Source: Leidyana gryllorum EB-2025a
Lineage: Eukaryota > Protista > Apicomplexa
Length of the DNA stretch: 64,000 bases
Direction of reading: 5' to 3'
Assembly (NCBI GenBank): GCA_048772705.1
Contig: JBLWGC010000109.1
Location: 310,001-374,000 of the forward strand
Shown here: positions 25,337 through 36,163 of the stretch, piece after piece
How the letters are laid out: every line of letters starts with the position of its first letter
Position numbering within the stretch: the stretch's first letter is position 1
Notes under the pieces: model-generated
The model's input: only the letters and a program-made list of their open reading frames with translations
Database searches by the model: none
Told to the model about the DNA's origin: nothing
Program-made: the position numbers and the translations under genes

Positions 25337-26923
25337 TCAAATTGGCCCTAAAACACTCAGAAGATCTCCAAGTCGGATCTTCACATCTTCCCCACACACG
25401 ACATTCCATTTCTGGAGCTCCTCAAAGTTACGCTCCCGCAGCTGACGAATGTACCAAGACGAGTCTGTGTCACAAAACTCCAATCGGAACTGGGTGACTT
25501 GAAAGCTGGGATGTGGGGGCACCTCGATGCTGGACAATGCGCATCTCAACTCCCAATACCACACCTCGAACCGTCTCATCTCGTACATCCCCATTGTACA
25601 GATTTGCTTCGACAACACATCGGCTTCCCGTGAAAAACGTCTGAGGACTGCGAGACTCTGTGCCATTGTGCTCCACGTGTCCACGTGACGGTACTTTTCG
25701 CTCTTCCGTCTTGCAACCCCAACGCAATGCAGAATAGAGGCTAGAGTACTGTCTGTGTATTTCCCCGTCAGCATTTCCTGGAAGGCAGTACTGTGAGGCG
25801 GGCGCAGAAGACCCATTCCAAGAGCACCTAACAGAATTTGACTTTGTGTTTTGACGCTAACTGATCTCAACAACAGATAGGTTTGAACTATCTCAGTACT
25901 TGTTGACAAGGGGCGCATCACAAGGAACCATCGTGGACGAGTTGTCTTTAGCAATTCTGACCAAGTCGCCCATTCATCGGGCAAATATATCTCATTGGTG
26001 ATCAGCAAGACCTTGTATTTGCCGAAAGAAAGGTTTGAGGATAAACGTAACTTCAGCAACAAGCCTCTGGCGTTGTCGTGACTCAGATTGCCTAATTGCA
26101 TCCATTCCCCGTTGACGTAGACTGGCAGTGGTTCGAGGGCTTTGAGCCTTTCCGTGCCGAGCCTCCAATTATCGCTGTGGCTCCCTGAACCCAAGTGGTC
26201 GTAAGGAACTGGAAGACGGGAGACCAAATCCGGAAGCTTCGCAAAGTCGTCGATTCGTGCCATGCTGTCGATCATTTGGTATACAACACGACGGCACTGG
26301 GACTTTGATACGATCAGTACGGTACTTTTCGCTCCGTAAGCTTGCTCGGCACCATTTCTGGGCATTGCAATTGGCTCGATGTCTGATCGCAATAAGTAAT
26401 GATCGATTTGACCTAATTGCTCTCGTTTCAGGACTATTCCTTGGACTGCTGGAGCCTCCAATAGAATTGCAGTTCCGGGTAGAGGCCGACCTCGTGCAGT
26501 CCCAATTTTGTAGTCTTCAAAAGCGCACTGGCTTATATCGATCAACACAAGACTTGGAGCACACCAGATCACAAACGGTCTTCCATCCTTTCGCTTCTTC
26601 AGACGGAAAGTCAATTACAGAATGGAATGCTGCAGCGCTGGCATACCACATTCAATCATTTTTAACAGAAACCAAGACACATTCGGCATATCACCCCCAT
26701 AGATTCTGAGGGATTTCACCACAGGCGCTGTGCGAATCATCCAGCTTCTCCACCAGCGCATGCGACGCAGCAGACCGTAGTGTTCTGTTTGTAATGCAAT
26801 ATGCTCAGTCACCAATTTATCATCAATATACTGTCGCACACGTTTGCAAACACGACTCAAATGCGGTATCTGATGTAGTGGCAGGAATGCCATTATGTGA
26901 AACCAACAGTCGCCGATCTCCAT
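25337..26923 (-). pseudogene. Array copy 7, probable pseudogene (in-frame TAA at 26617-26615 and an internal deletion)
   Basis: ORFs 26615-27010 and 25337-26614 are in one frame, split by a single TAA at a site aligning to Gln in copy 8 (HSIL*LTF vs ECILQITF). The region between the LRR-like part and PVPY is about 75 aa shorter than in copy 8 and has no intron. Confidence 0.65.
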
Positions 26924-27016
26924 CCAGATCCACTCCTCAGCCCTCGTTTTGGCAGTAGCGGGAAAGTGATCAGTAAGTACACTGACACGCGAAAATTCCG
27001 GCTCGCTCACACCAAG

Positions 27017-27428
27017 ATGGCAGGCGGAATTGAGGCGGTTCTAAACTCAAGCCAAACGGTAGGAAATCTTGTCGTCAAAGAAGCACTTAGATCCCTCGAT
27101 GCAGGGCATTCGGCAACGTACAGTTTGGTCGACCGAGAAAATCAAAGCGATGATACACGCCCTCTTTGAAACTTTATTCGCTCTCTATAAATTACAGGAA
27201 AAATATACCCAAGTATTTCTCGTCGGCATCGGCATTCCGCCCACAACACATATTTGGGGAGTCATTCCAGCTCTCCCCGATGGACAGCCTTCGAGCACAG
27301 TAAGAGGAACAGAGGGAAGGTTTGCCAATCATCGGGTCGTCACCACTTGTTTGTCGGCCACTCTGTGTCTCCAAGAAGACCCGCTCTCCGGCCCGCCACT
27401 GACCTGGATTCGTTCTCTGTCACTTTGA
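27017..27428 (+). CDS. Possible small spliced hypothetical gene on the opposite strand inside the array
   Basis: ATG at 27017; a phase-0 GTAGG..GCAG intron (27059-27104) joins to the 27069-27428 frame; 3' end unclear. Confidence 0.3.
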
Positions 27429-27853
27429 CATAACGATTGGGAGGTGCATTGTACCGCAGAGCAGTATCAACTTGGACCTCGGGCAATAAGCCACTCTGAC
27501 ATTACCGCTTCTACTATTAGTACAACCTCTCCCGCTTGTTGGGCACAGTGGGCTCTGGGTGACTCGAATACAGTCCAAGCTGATTATCTTGGAGGAACCG
27601 AGGAGGGAGTGTGGTGGAGATTCTTTCTCAGGCAGTCATTCAACCGCATTCTTCTGGGGCCTCTACGCCTCCAGGCGGCGTTTCGAAAACCACATACCCC
27701 ACATTATTGCCTTGAAGAGTGAATCTTCCACAGCACTTCCTCCAATACTCCCGGATATATCTAACTATATTAAGATGTTGATTCTGGGGCAGCAGGAGCC
27801 GACAGCAAGGGAGGGTTCACCTCGTCTGCTGATTATCTGCGGCGTTGTCAGGT

Positions 27854-30057
27854 TCAATAGGCGGGGAAGAGGGATGACAAGTGGGCAGGGTTGGGAATGA
27901 GGGATTGTTGCACTTTTGTGGTCACCGTTTCCTCCCTCTGTCGCCACTTCTCCTCCGCGATGCTCTCGAAACGCTGCTGTCCGTAGAGAGGAATGTATCG
28001 ACTTGGCTTCTGCCAGTCTCGATAGACCTTTCTACTGACAGCGATAGCATTATTATTGATCGGGGGAGGAGTCTTCCCTTCGAAGCAGAACACTCGTAAT
28101 AGATGCTCTAGGGTGGTTGAAGAGGAAGGGGTGGAGTTGAGGGGAATGTATATTTTCCGAATGCCCCATTGTTTGAGCAACGCGCAATTAGACTCCGAGA
28201 TCTGGCGCAAATACCACTTCGAAGTGGGAACGAAACCAACTTCGTAGGGGCTGTCCGCTAGTGGTTCAAAAGGCAGTTTAACAGACTCCAATGCAGACCT
28301 CAACTCGTTGTACCAGCGAGTGATCCAATTCAGCTCAAAAACACTCACTGAGTGCAAAAGCCGGAACGAGTATTGACACCAGTGGCGTAACTGATGCATC
28401 AGATAGTCAAGCTGTACAGCTTTCTGGGCGTAGCAAGTGTAGGACAAGTAAAGATTAATCTTGTCCTCATCGATTGCCATCTCACTGAAGATGGCCCGCA
28501 GACAACCGTCGCTGTATGTACCAGTCAATAGCTCCTCGAGAGCCGACCTCCACGGAGGGGGAAAGTAACAAGTTCCGTAACAGGACAATATGACAGATCC
28601 TTTGGTTTCAGACCACACGGAGTGAAGCAACAGATATGTTCTGAGCAATTGCTCAATTGTCTGCAACGACTGCTTCAGCAGCAGAAACTTGACTCCGATC
28701 TTGGATATCGCCTTTCGCCATACCACCCAAGACCGCGGAAAGACCTTGCTGTTGCTCATTAGAATCACCACACATGTGTCATTGTCCCACTCGACGTCGT
28801 ACTTCTCCAACAGGCTCAGCCTTCGCAAACACGAACTGCCCGTACAGTCCACTAGAATTGCAGTCCGCTCAAGACCGGCCAGGTCCATCGTCGAGTGCCC
28901 TCCCGGCGTCCACAAGCAGGTCTGTAGAGTACTGTCGATCTTGTCTTTGGTATACGGAATTGGCAGAATATCCACATCGGGTGGCAGATCTTGAAGGTCA
29001 GTCCATTCAGCAATGTGTTTCCAGGCTTCCGGTGAGTGGTTAACAGAATGAAACAGGGCGTTGTGCGTGGCCACCACTCGAACCAGATTCTTTGGTAGCC
29101 TTGCCTTGAATAGTTCCCATTGCTTAAGATGTAAACACAGTTGGTTGAAACGATCTCTGCGACAGAAAGAACACATCCACATCATGCCACCAGGGCACGC
29201 AAGGCGATGAAAAACATATCCATCATGACATGTGAATGCATAATATACATCACTTCATACGGCCAAGAATGTGCGGCGCACACTTACAAACGATTAGGTT
29301 TGGATATATCAAGAACCATACAGAGGGGCAAACATAGCGCTTTGCGTCTCGGACGAGAGTTTGACGCAATGCACAGATCATGTCGGCTCACTGGAACTTC
29401 ATTGACAAGTTCAACCCACCCCTGAACCTCCTGTCCCACAACGATAATTCTGCTGCGCATTGCTGATGGATTCCGTGAACTTCTGTACGCTTGTCTCAGT
29501 AAAGAGTGCCGTAGGCATCCAAGATTGACCCAGTCCACGATCACTGTTCTTAGCGATGGAGCATTCACAATCAGGTGAAGAATTCTCTCACCGCCTGCGA
29601 ATACACATCGCGAGACGTCCAGGTGCTTAAGCTTGCAAGCATCCAGCCGCATAGACTCTTCGCCCTCGTACATATCAAAAGTGATTTGCAGGATGCATTC
29701 GTGCAGACTCTTGAGACCCAAAGCACATAGTCTCGCTAGAAATCTCCCCAAACGAAACCCAAACACTTCCCGCAGGATTAAGGTACGGATAAGTGGTGCT
29801 GAGCGCGTTACCCATCCGTCCCACCAATCCGTCTGACACAGAACAGCATACTGATCACTCTTCAGATCCACGTTGACCGAGTAATAATCATTATATAGGC
29901 AATTGCGCACAGCTCCGCAGACCCGACTGACTCGAGCGACTTCGTGTGGTGCCAAGAACACCAGAACAGCGCTCCATATCGAGGGGTCCACACTGGGATG
30001 GTCATAAAATGTCGCTTCGCTTTGCGCACCCTCGTGTTCGAACTTCACAGGCATCAT
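27854..30057 (-). CDS. F-box-like/LRR-like + unknown C-domain protein, copy 8 (690 aa; exons 30057-29288, 29156-27854)
   Basis: PSIWSAVLVFLAPHEVARVSRVC; LHECIL, LKHLDVSRC, APSLRTVI; 131-nt phase-2 intron GTAAG..CAG (29287-29157); motifs PIPY, ELLTGTYS, WYNELRSAL, SKWY, WG. Confidence 0.85.
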
Positions 30058-31332
30058 GAACGACGTCTAGCACATAGAGTGGCCAGAACTTTTGGTGCTG
30101 ACGCGGGCAAACACGCCACCCCTACCGACCTTTGTGGGACACGCACAGGCAAAGACCCCTACCCTCTTCCTCAAAACCTCAAGTTTACGCAGCCCATCAC
30201 AGAATCTCATTTCACACACATCTTGCCATTCATCACACGATCTATCCTTGCGGGTGCCGCCGTTCTCGCTAAAGAGAGGTGGCGACACTACCGACGTTTG
30301 ATTGTTGAGCGTACACCCACCCTTAAGATCCCAGTCGATTGTTACGTCGTGCTGGAAAGCACCCGTAGGTTAGAGCAGATACCCTTTCAACTCGGCGCTC
30401 CGATCGAAGGAGAGCAAAGGGCCCTTTTTGCGGGCACACGACAGAAACACCTTCGGTGGCCTGGAGTTTGGGCTTCCGTCATACGTGGAAACTGCCCAAG
30501 CAGGCGATTAACCACATGGCGTTGTGCAAACCCGTTGGGCACTAATGGCGGTGGGCTTCGAACAACGTACGGCTCAGAGAGCCTCCGCGAAATAATCATC
30601 ACTGTGGGCGACACCCCGCGTGTCCGATTTTCGAGACTACTTGGCTCATTTTTACCCAAAAGCTGCGACTTTATGTCATTGCCTTCTGTGTGATTCTGAT
30701 TGAAAGGTGGAAAGGGACAGATGACCCGTTTTCTGCTTAAAACAGACTCCGCACCGAGCGCTAACGATCTGACTGATAGATCTCAAATTGAAAGACGTGT
30801 TGATAGAGTGTGTAGAAGTTCATTCAACGCGAATTGCGACTTTATCCAAAGCTGCCCTGACAACGGGAACCGACTATTTGACTCAGTCATCAGCTGAAGC
30901 CGCCTGAGCCGTCCAGGCGACATGACGAGCGCAGAGGGACCCTACCGTGCGTAGACTCTTTTTGGTAGACCATAGACCATAAACGATATAGCTGGACTGA
31001 CTACCGCCGTTTCACCTCATTCCCCTCAATGGGATCTTACATCTCACCGCCCACCAGCAACTCGTCAATTTGTTCGTCAATGTCCCAAAAAGCCGTACAT
31101 AGCGGACATCTAAATCCCCATCGTTCAGTTTTGTTGTAGCCGAAAGGGCTCAGGTGAGAGAGGTACCACTCATCACTCAGCTCGGACTCCCCAGAAACCC
31201 TAAATCCTCATCGCAAGTCTGTTCAGCTCGTCAGAAGACTCACAGTTGACAGCATCAACCGTTGAATGTGTCCTCGATGAACCTGGGATATGTCGCTAAA
31301 TGAGTCAGATGAGTTCTGACCGTGTGTTCGTT

Positions 31333-31821
31333 CTACTGCCCGAAATGTAAATCGCAGCCTGATGGGTACCGAGGGTAGTCCCAGAATCTCAACAACTTTG
31401 ACTCTGTCCCCAGTCCGACGCCGATGCAGCAGAAATGTAATGTACAGTTAGTTATATGTACGCAGGAAGGGAAATGGTATAATTCACCCAACAGATGACT
31501 TTCCGCGTCTGTTTTCTCTGGCGGTGGTCTGTTCAGCACTGCTGACAGAGCGCGGGCACATCTCAGGGGCAGGTGAAAGCGGTGTCCACCAACATTCGCG
31601 TTCCAGTCTGAAGTCACTGCGATGGAGGCCAGATAAATCCAGCCACTGGGTAGGGACACATTGTAGATACGAACTCCCCCTGCACTACCCACCTCTGGCT
31701 CGCTATCTCTGACCAAGGGGCGAGCCGCATTCTTTGCATCACATGTGTGAATAATGAGGGAATGCGGCTTTGAGGCGTCGATGACCAAAGGTTCCCCAAG
31801 TGCGTTCCGCCTCAGCGACAT
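31333..31821 (-). CDS. Hypothetical protein or exon(s), structure unresolved
   Basis: 162-aa ATG ORF with no recognisable motif; downstream frames are fragmented. Confidence 0.3.
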   Translation of the reverse strand: MSLRRNALGEPLVIDASKPHSLIIHTCDAKNAARPLVRDSEPEVGSAGGVRIYNVSLPSGWIYLASIAVTSDWNANVGGHRFHLPLRCARALSAVLNRPPPEKTDAESHLLGELYHFPSCVHITNCTLHFCCIGVGLGTESKLLRFWDYPRYPSGCDLHFGQ

Positions 31822-31995
31822 CTAGTATTTCCAGATCGGAACACTTCAGAGTTCCACCGCTAACCGAAAACAGTCTCAGAGCGCATCCTTAGAAGGTCGT
31901 AAGCAACCGAATCTGGAAGACAAGCCGCCTCCATTGACAAGTTTTGGCAGGTAAGCTTCCACTTTCAAAGCCACAACGCACTGCTACCACCCACC

Positions 31996-32003
<8 letters not shown>

Positions 32004-32043
<40 letters not shown>
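32004..32043. repeat. (CA)n microsatellite
   Basis: About 20 CA units seen directly. Confidence 0.95.
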
Positions 32044-32045
<2 letters not shown>

Positions 32046-32293
32046 GAGCGGCAACCAGCGAGGAGTAAGATGTGAGGAAGAAGATGATGGTGCTGTGAAA
32101 GTCGAATTATCGTCATAAAGGACAGGTCAGCATGACAGTTATTTCAATCGTTTGCGGTAAAATTCAAACAGGATCGTTGATAGGGGTCTCACCACCACAA
32201 AAAAGCCAAATGAATGGGTTTGGTGCGACTCACTCTCCATATTTCCTTCCGTTCTTGGCGGTTTGCGTATGGCCACGATCGTCCAGTGTCTGT

Positions 32294-33919
32294 TTAATTC
32301 TTCTTGTCGTTGGACTTGGAGCTCTTCTTAGATTTCTTGGAGGCGCCCTTAGAAACGTTGTCGGCGTGAAGAGGAGAACGGGCCGAGACAACATAGGTAG
32401 TTTGGTTGACGGTTTCAACCTGTGAGAGAGGAGCTGGTAGGGTAGTGGCAGCGACGGTGGTCTGATGCGTCTCCTCGTTAGTAGTGCGGATTTGCAAAGA
32501 GTTGGTCTGCCAGGCCTTCATAACAGCTGATTGGATGTCCACAGCGGTTTGAGAGTTGATATCGCCGGACTTCATGATTTGGGCAGCGAGGTTCTCGATC
32601 TCGCAGAGAGAAGCAGCGCTTTGAGTGAGGGCTCCGATCTGTCCGACGAAGGCAGTGCTCTTGAGTTTGAGATCCTCGCGAAGGAGTTCGGTGGCAACTG
32701 GGACTTCGATGAAGCGTGGGAGGTAAACTGGGTAGGTAGCCTTGGAATAGCGAGGTTTGATCTGAGGGAGGTGGTACTCGTGCACGACTTCGGCTTCGAC
32801 AGGGACGGGGATCTTGACTTCGACGTCGACGTTCTTCTCAACGATGACTTCCTGCGGCACGGGTTTGTCAACGTACTGAGGAACAGCCACCTGGCGAGTG
32901 ACGACTTTGTCAACCCACTCAACCTTTTCAACAACTTTCTCGACGGGAACATCGCGATAGGTAATCTCGGGGATGACGCGCGGGACCTCTTTGGTGACGA
33001 TCTTGGGGACCTCAATGACGCGTTCCTGGTGGACGACGACTGGTTTGTGGACAACTTTCTCCTGGACGACTCTCTCGGGGATCTCAACGATGCGCTCAAC
33101 CCACTCGATTTCAGGGATCTCAACGACCTTTTCGATGATAGTGGGTTTGGCGACTTCGACAATCTTTTCGCGGACCACCTTGACGTCGTCGATGACCTCC
33201 TCGTGTCTGACAGTCTCGGGAATGACGATAACTTTCTCGATGACTTCTTCACGAACGATCTTCTTGGGGATACGAATTTCGTGTTCCACGTAGCGCTCGG
33301 AGATGACGGACTGACGGGACTCGTCGACACGGCGAGTTTCCGAGACGAGGCGCTGAGCGCCGTACTCACGACCGACGACGCGGGAATCCTTGCGCATTTC
33401 TCCAGTAACAGTGGTCCACTCGCCAGTTGAGACCAACTCGGCCGCCGCGCCGGCACCGCCAGCCACAGTAGTGGTGGTGGTGGTAGTTGTAGTCGCTCCA
33501 CCAGCCGCGTTAGCGACAGTGGTGTACTGGGCCCCGCCAGATTGGAGGCTCAAGTTGCCGTGGTACTGGGCACCACTGGCCAAAGTGGCACCTCCTTCCA
33601 GGACCAAACCGCCCTGTTGATGATGGTGCTGACCAGCAATGTAGTGAGCCTCGGTGGCCACAGTGCCCAAGTTGTAAGCCGCGTTCACAGCCCCCTCCAT
33701 CAGCTTTTCAGTTGTAGTTGTGGTAGTCACCTGCTGCTGCGGCTCGCCAATAGTGTACGAGTTGAAGCCGTGGTGAGTAGTAGTGGTCGTCATAGCTCCG
33801 GCTCGGGAAGGCACCACCCAGCTCGGGACAGGGGAAGCCTCGCCAGACAGGTCGACCTGAGCGCCAAGAAGAGTAGAAGACGGGCGGGAAGTCTGAGAAG
33901 GACGACGGATGGCTTCCAT
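32294..33919 (-). CDS. Alveolin / inner-membrane-complex (IMC1-family, articulin-like) protein A
   Basis: Val/Pro/charged repeats EKIVEVAKP, EKVVEIPE, ERIVEIPE, ERVIEVPK, VPQYVDKPVP; Thr/Gly-rich N-terminus; ATG at 33919. Confidence 0.92.
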   Translation of the reverse strand: MEAIRRPSQTSRPSSTLLGAQVDLSGEASPVPSWVVPSRAGAMTTTTTHHGFNSYTIGEPQQQVTTTTTTEKLMEGAVNAAYNLGTVATEAHYIAGQHHHQQGGLVLEGGATLASGAQYHGNLSLQSGGAQYTTVANAAGGATTTTTTTTTVAGGAGAAAELVSTGEWTTVTGEMRKDSRVVGREYGAQRLVSETRRVDESRQSVISERYVEHEIRIPKKIVREEVIEKVIVIPETVRHEEVIDDVKVVREKIVEVAKPTIIEKVVEIPEIEWVERIVEIPERVVQEKVVHKPVVVHQERVIEVPKIVTKEVPRVIPEITYRDVPVEKVVEKVEWVDKVVTRQVAVPQYVDKPVPQEVIVEKNVDVEVKIPVPVEAEVVHEYHLPQIKPRYSKATYPVYLPRFIEVPVATELLREDLKLKSTAFVGQIGALTQSAASLCEIENLAAQIMKSGDINSQTAVDIQSAVMKAWQTNSLQIRTTNEETHQTTVAATTLPAPLSQVETVNQTTYVVSARSPLHADNVSKGASKKSKKSSKSNDKKN

Positions 33920-35447
33920 TTTAGTCAACGAGAGAAGAAGGAGTGCGACTCAAAGACCCGATACAACACTAATTGATAATGCGCTAATTGTTGTTCCGGT
34001 TTCGTGATCCAAAACCCTAAGCCCTAGTCGTTCGTGTGCGAGAAAGTGTGCGAGACATTTTTGTCCATCCTCCCTTTCAACCAACCGCCAGTTGCTCCCC
34101 ACACACACCAGACTCACTCATACGCGGCCGGACAGCTTTCTGCCACACACCGACCTTTCTTCTTCAGGTCGTCCTTCACACACACCCACGCGAGTGTGTG
34201 TATATATATATATCTAGAGAGAGTTACAGAGTAGTTTCCCCTCCATCTCTGTCTTTACAGCGCTCTGCTACGATCTGCAAGTTGCTATCATTCGCTACAC
34301 AACAGAAAGAATGTCGTTTGTCTCAGATCTAAAAAGAGAGTAATCGATTGTCTCAGAGGTGGATTCGATGTCGATGATAAGTGTCGCCTGCAACTTTGTC
34401 GTTGATTGTTTAACTGTTTACGAGCGGGCGGCCGGACGGCAATACCCTTTCCATCCAATCTGCACGTCGCTCAACGATTTAAGTTTCAGATCCGAAGAAA
34501 CATTCCCTCTCATAGGTCTACAAAAGAAGAGGCCCTCCCACGCTGACTGGCTGACTGAAGCACACAGCCACAATCACATTGGCTCCAATGGAACGTCTCC
34601 AATATCAGTCAGTCAGTGCCGAATAGATTTCGAAGATCGACTGATCCGTGTTTCACACACACATGATGTCCGACGAGTCTCTGTTTGGGCCACCCAATTT
34701 GAACACTGGTCGAGGGGCAGCCATGGCTGTAATTCTCCACAATGTTGAACCCAATCGCTTTCTGATCATTGCTGATCTCTGTCGGCGCCACATTCTGACC
34801 CTCGACACTCAATATGTGGCATCCGATCCATTGGGCACTATAGGGGCCCCTGCGATTCCAATGTCATGATTCCCCCTTATACACCCTGGCACCGTCGTGG
34901 GGCGAATCTAATCGGCCGGAAAGGCGGGACTCGTCGACATTCTGGATGGAGTGGGCGGTTCCTCTCCACATGCAGCAAGACATGGGTCGAGAGCGGGTGC
35001 GAGTGGCGGCCATCAGCGAAGCACATACAGTGGACACAGTGAAGGAAATGGAAATAGTGCAACTGGTGACTCCCGGAACGCCGCAGCCGAGCAGATCTTC
35101 CCAACGAAGGCAGAGACACACCGGGCGATTATTGGCCGAGAGCCCTTTGTGGTGGTGGTGGTGGCAAGTCGAGCCCGGCAGAAAAGTAGTTGCAGAACGT
35201 CCCAGACCCCAATTGAGGGGCTCGATGTGGATGGCCCCACTCCCATAAGGGGATGTGCAATCGTTCGCGGTTTCTGATCGCGCAGTCCTCAACCTCACGT
35301 TTCTTAGCACAGCGACCAGAGGCATACCGCACTGGTGGCGCTTCTTAGAAACTCTTTGTAGGTGTGCGCGTGCGTGTTTCGTTGGGTTGTGTGGGACTTC
35401 ATATCTTGCCATGGGTGAAGCCTAAAAAAACAGCACCCCGCAATCAG

Positions 35448-35828
35448 ATGATCCGTTCTATCGGCTTCATATTGCTTATCGTCTCCGTCGCCGCCACCTT
35501 TTGGGCGCCGATGGCCAGTTATTGGTGGCCATCTCATGGGCTCAGTTCACACCATCTTGAGGCCCCCTGCCAGCCGAATTTGTATCAGGAACCGCTTCCG
35601 CTTCGCCGCCGGCGTACTCCCATGACCGCTGATCCATCCAACTGGAGGAATGACGCCTACAGAGTACCGCAGGGTCACCTCATACACAGAACGGGGACGA
35701 TCGGACGTGTGGCCGGTGGAACTCTGACAGCTGGGAGCGATATTCTGGGAGGAGTCGGTGGTGCTCTCATGGGGTCTCTGTGGTCTGTGAGAGCTTCAGG
35801 AGGGGCAGATAAGAATTGGGAAGACTAG
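35448..35828 (+). CDS. Small putative secreted protein (~126 aa)
   Basis: The ATG begins the signal-peptide-like MIRSIGFILLIVSVAA; Gly-rich hydrophobic C-terminal part. Confidence 0.45.
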   Translation: MIRSIGFILLIVSVAATFWAPMASYWWPSHGLSSHHLEAPCQPNLYQEPLPLRRRRTPMTADPSNWRNDAYRVPQGHLIHRTGTIGRVAGGTLTAGSDILGGVGGALMGSLWSVRASGGADKNWED

Positions 35829-36163
35829 TAGCTTCGCCTCGCAATTCACGCAGGGCATCGGTGATCTGCTCACATTTTGAAAAAATTGGCGATCAGAAGT
35901 TGTTGCTATTGGTGTTGTCCTCTGAACATATATTCCTCATCAGTAACAGAATCGAACCCATTTGGGCCATCGAAGCCAACTCAAGGCTGCGAGACACAGA
36001 AACACATAGGCACACACACTTTCTAAGTTCTATTATCAAGTTCGAAGGGGCCCGGCCAGAGTTGGAACGATTTTGCGCAGAAAGAAAGGTGGAACATATT
36101 TAGCACAGATACGAAAATTGGACGACCTCCGTCAAGCTCGCTCAACTAGCATCACTCAGCCAT

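Noticed and set aside
26615-26617. Ciliate-type TAA=Gln genetic code
   Set aside because: Single instance; TAA/TAG terminate other genes normally (PDE, alveolin A, MRK) and long ORFs are intact under the standard code.
9985-30057. Two-gene (toxin-antitoxin-like) pairs or programmed frameshifts in the array
   Set aside because: GT-AG splicing explains every split except the copy 7 TAA, and copy 4 encodes both halves in one ORF.
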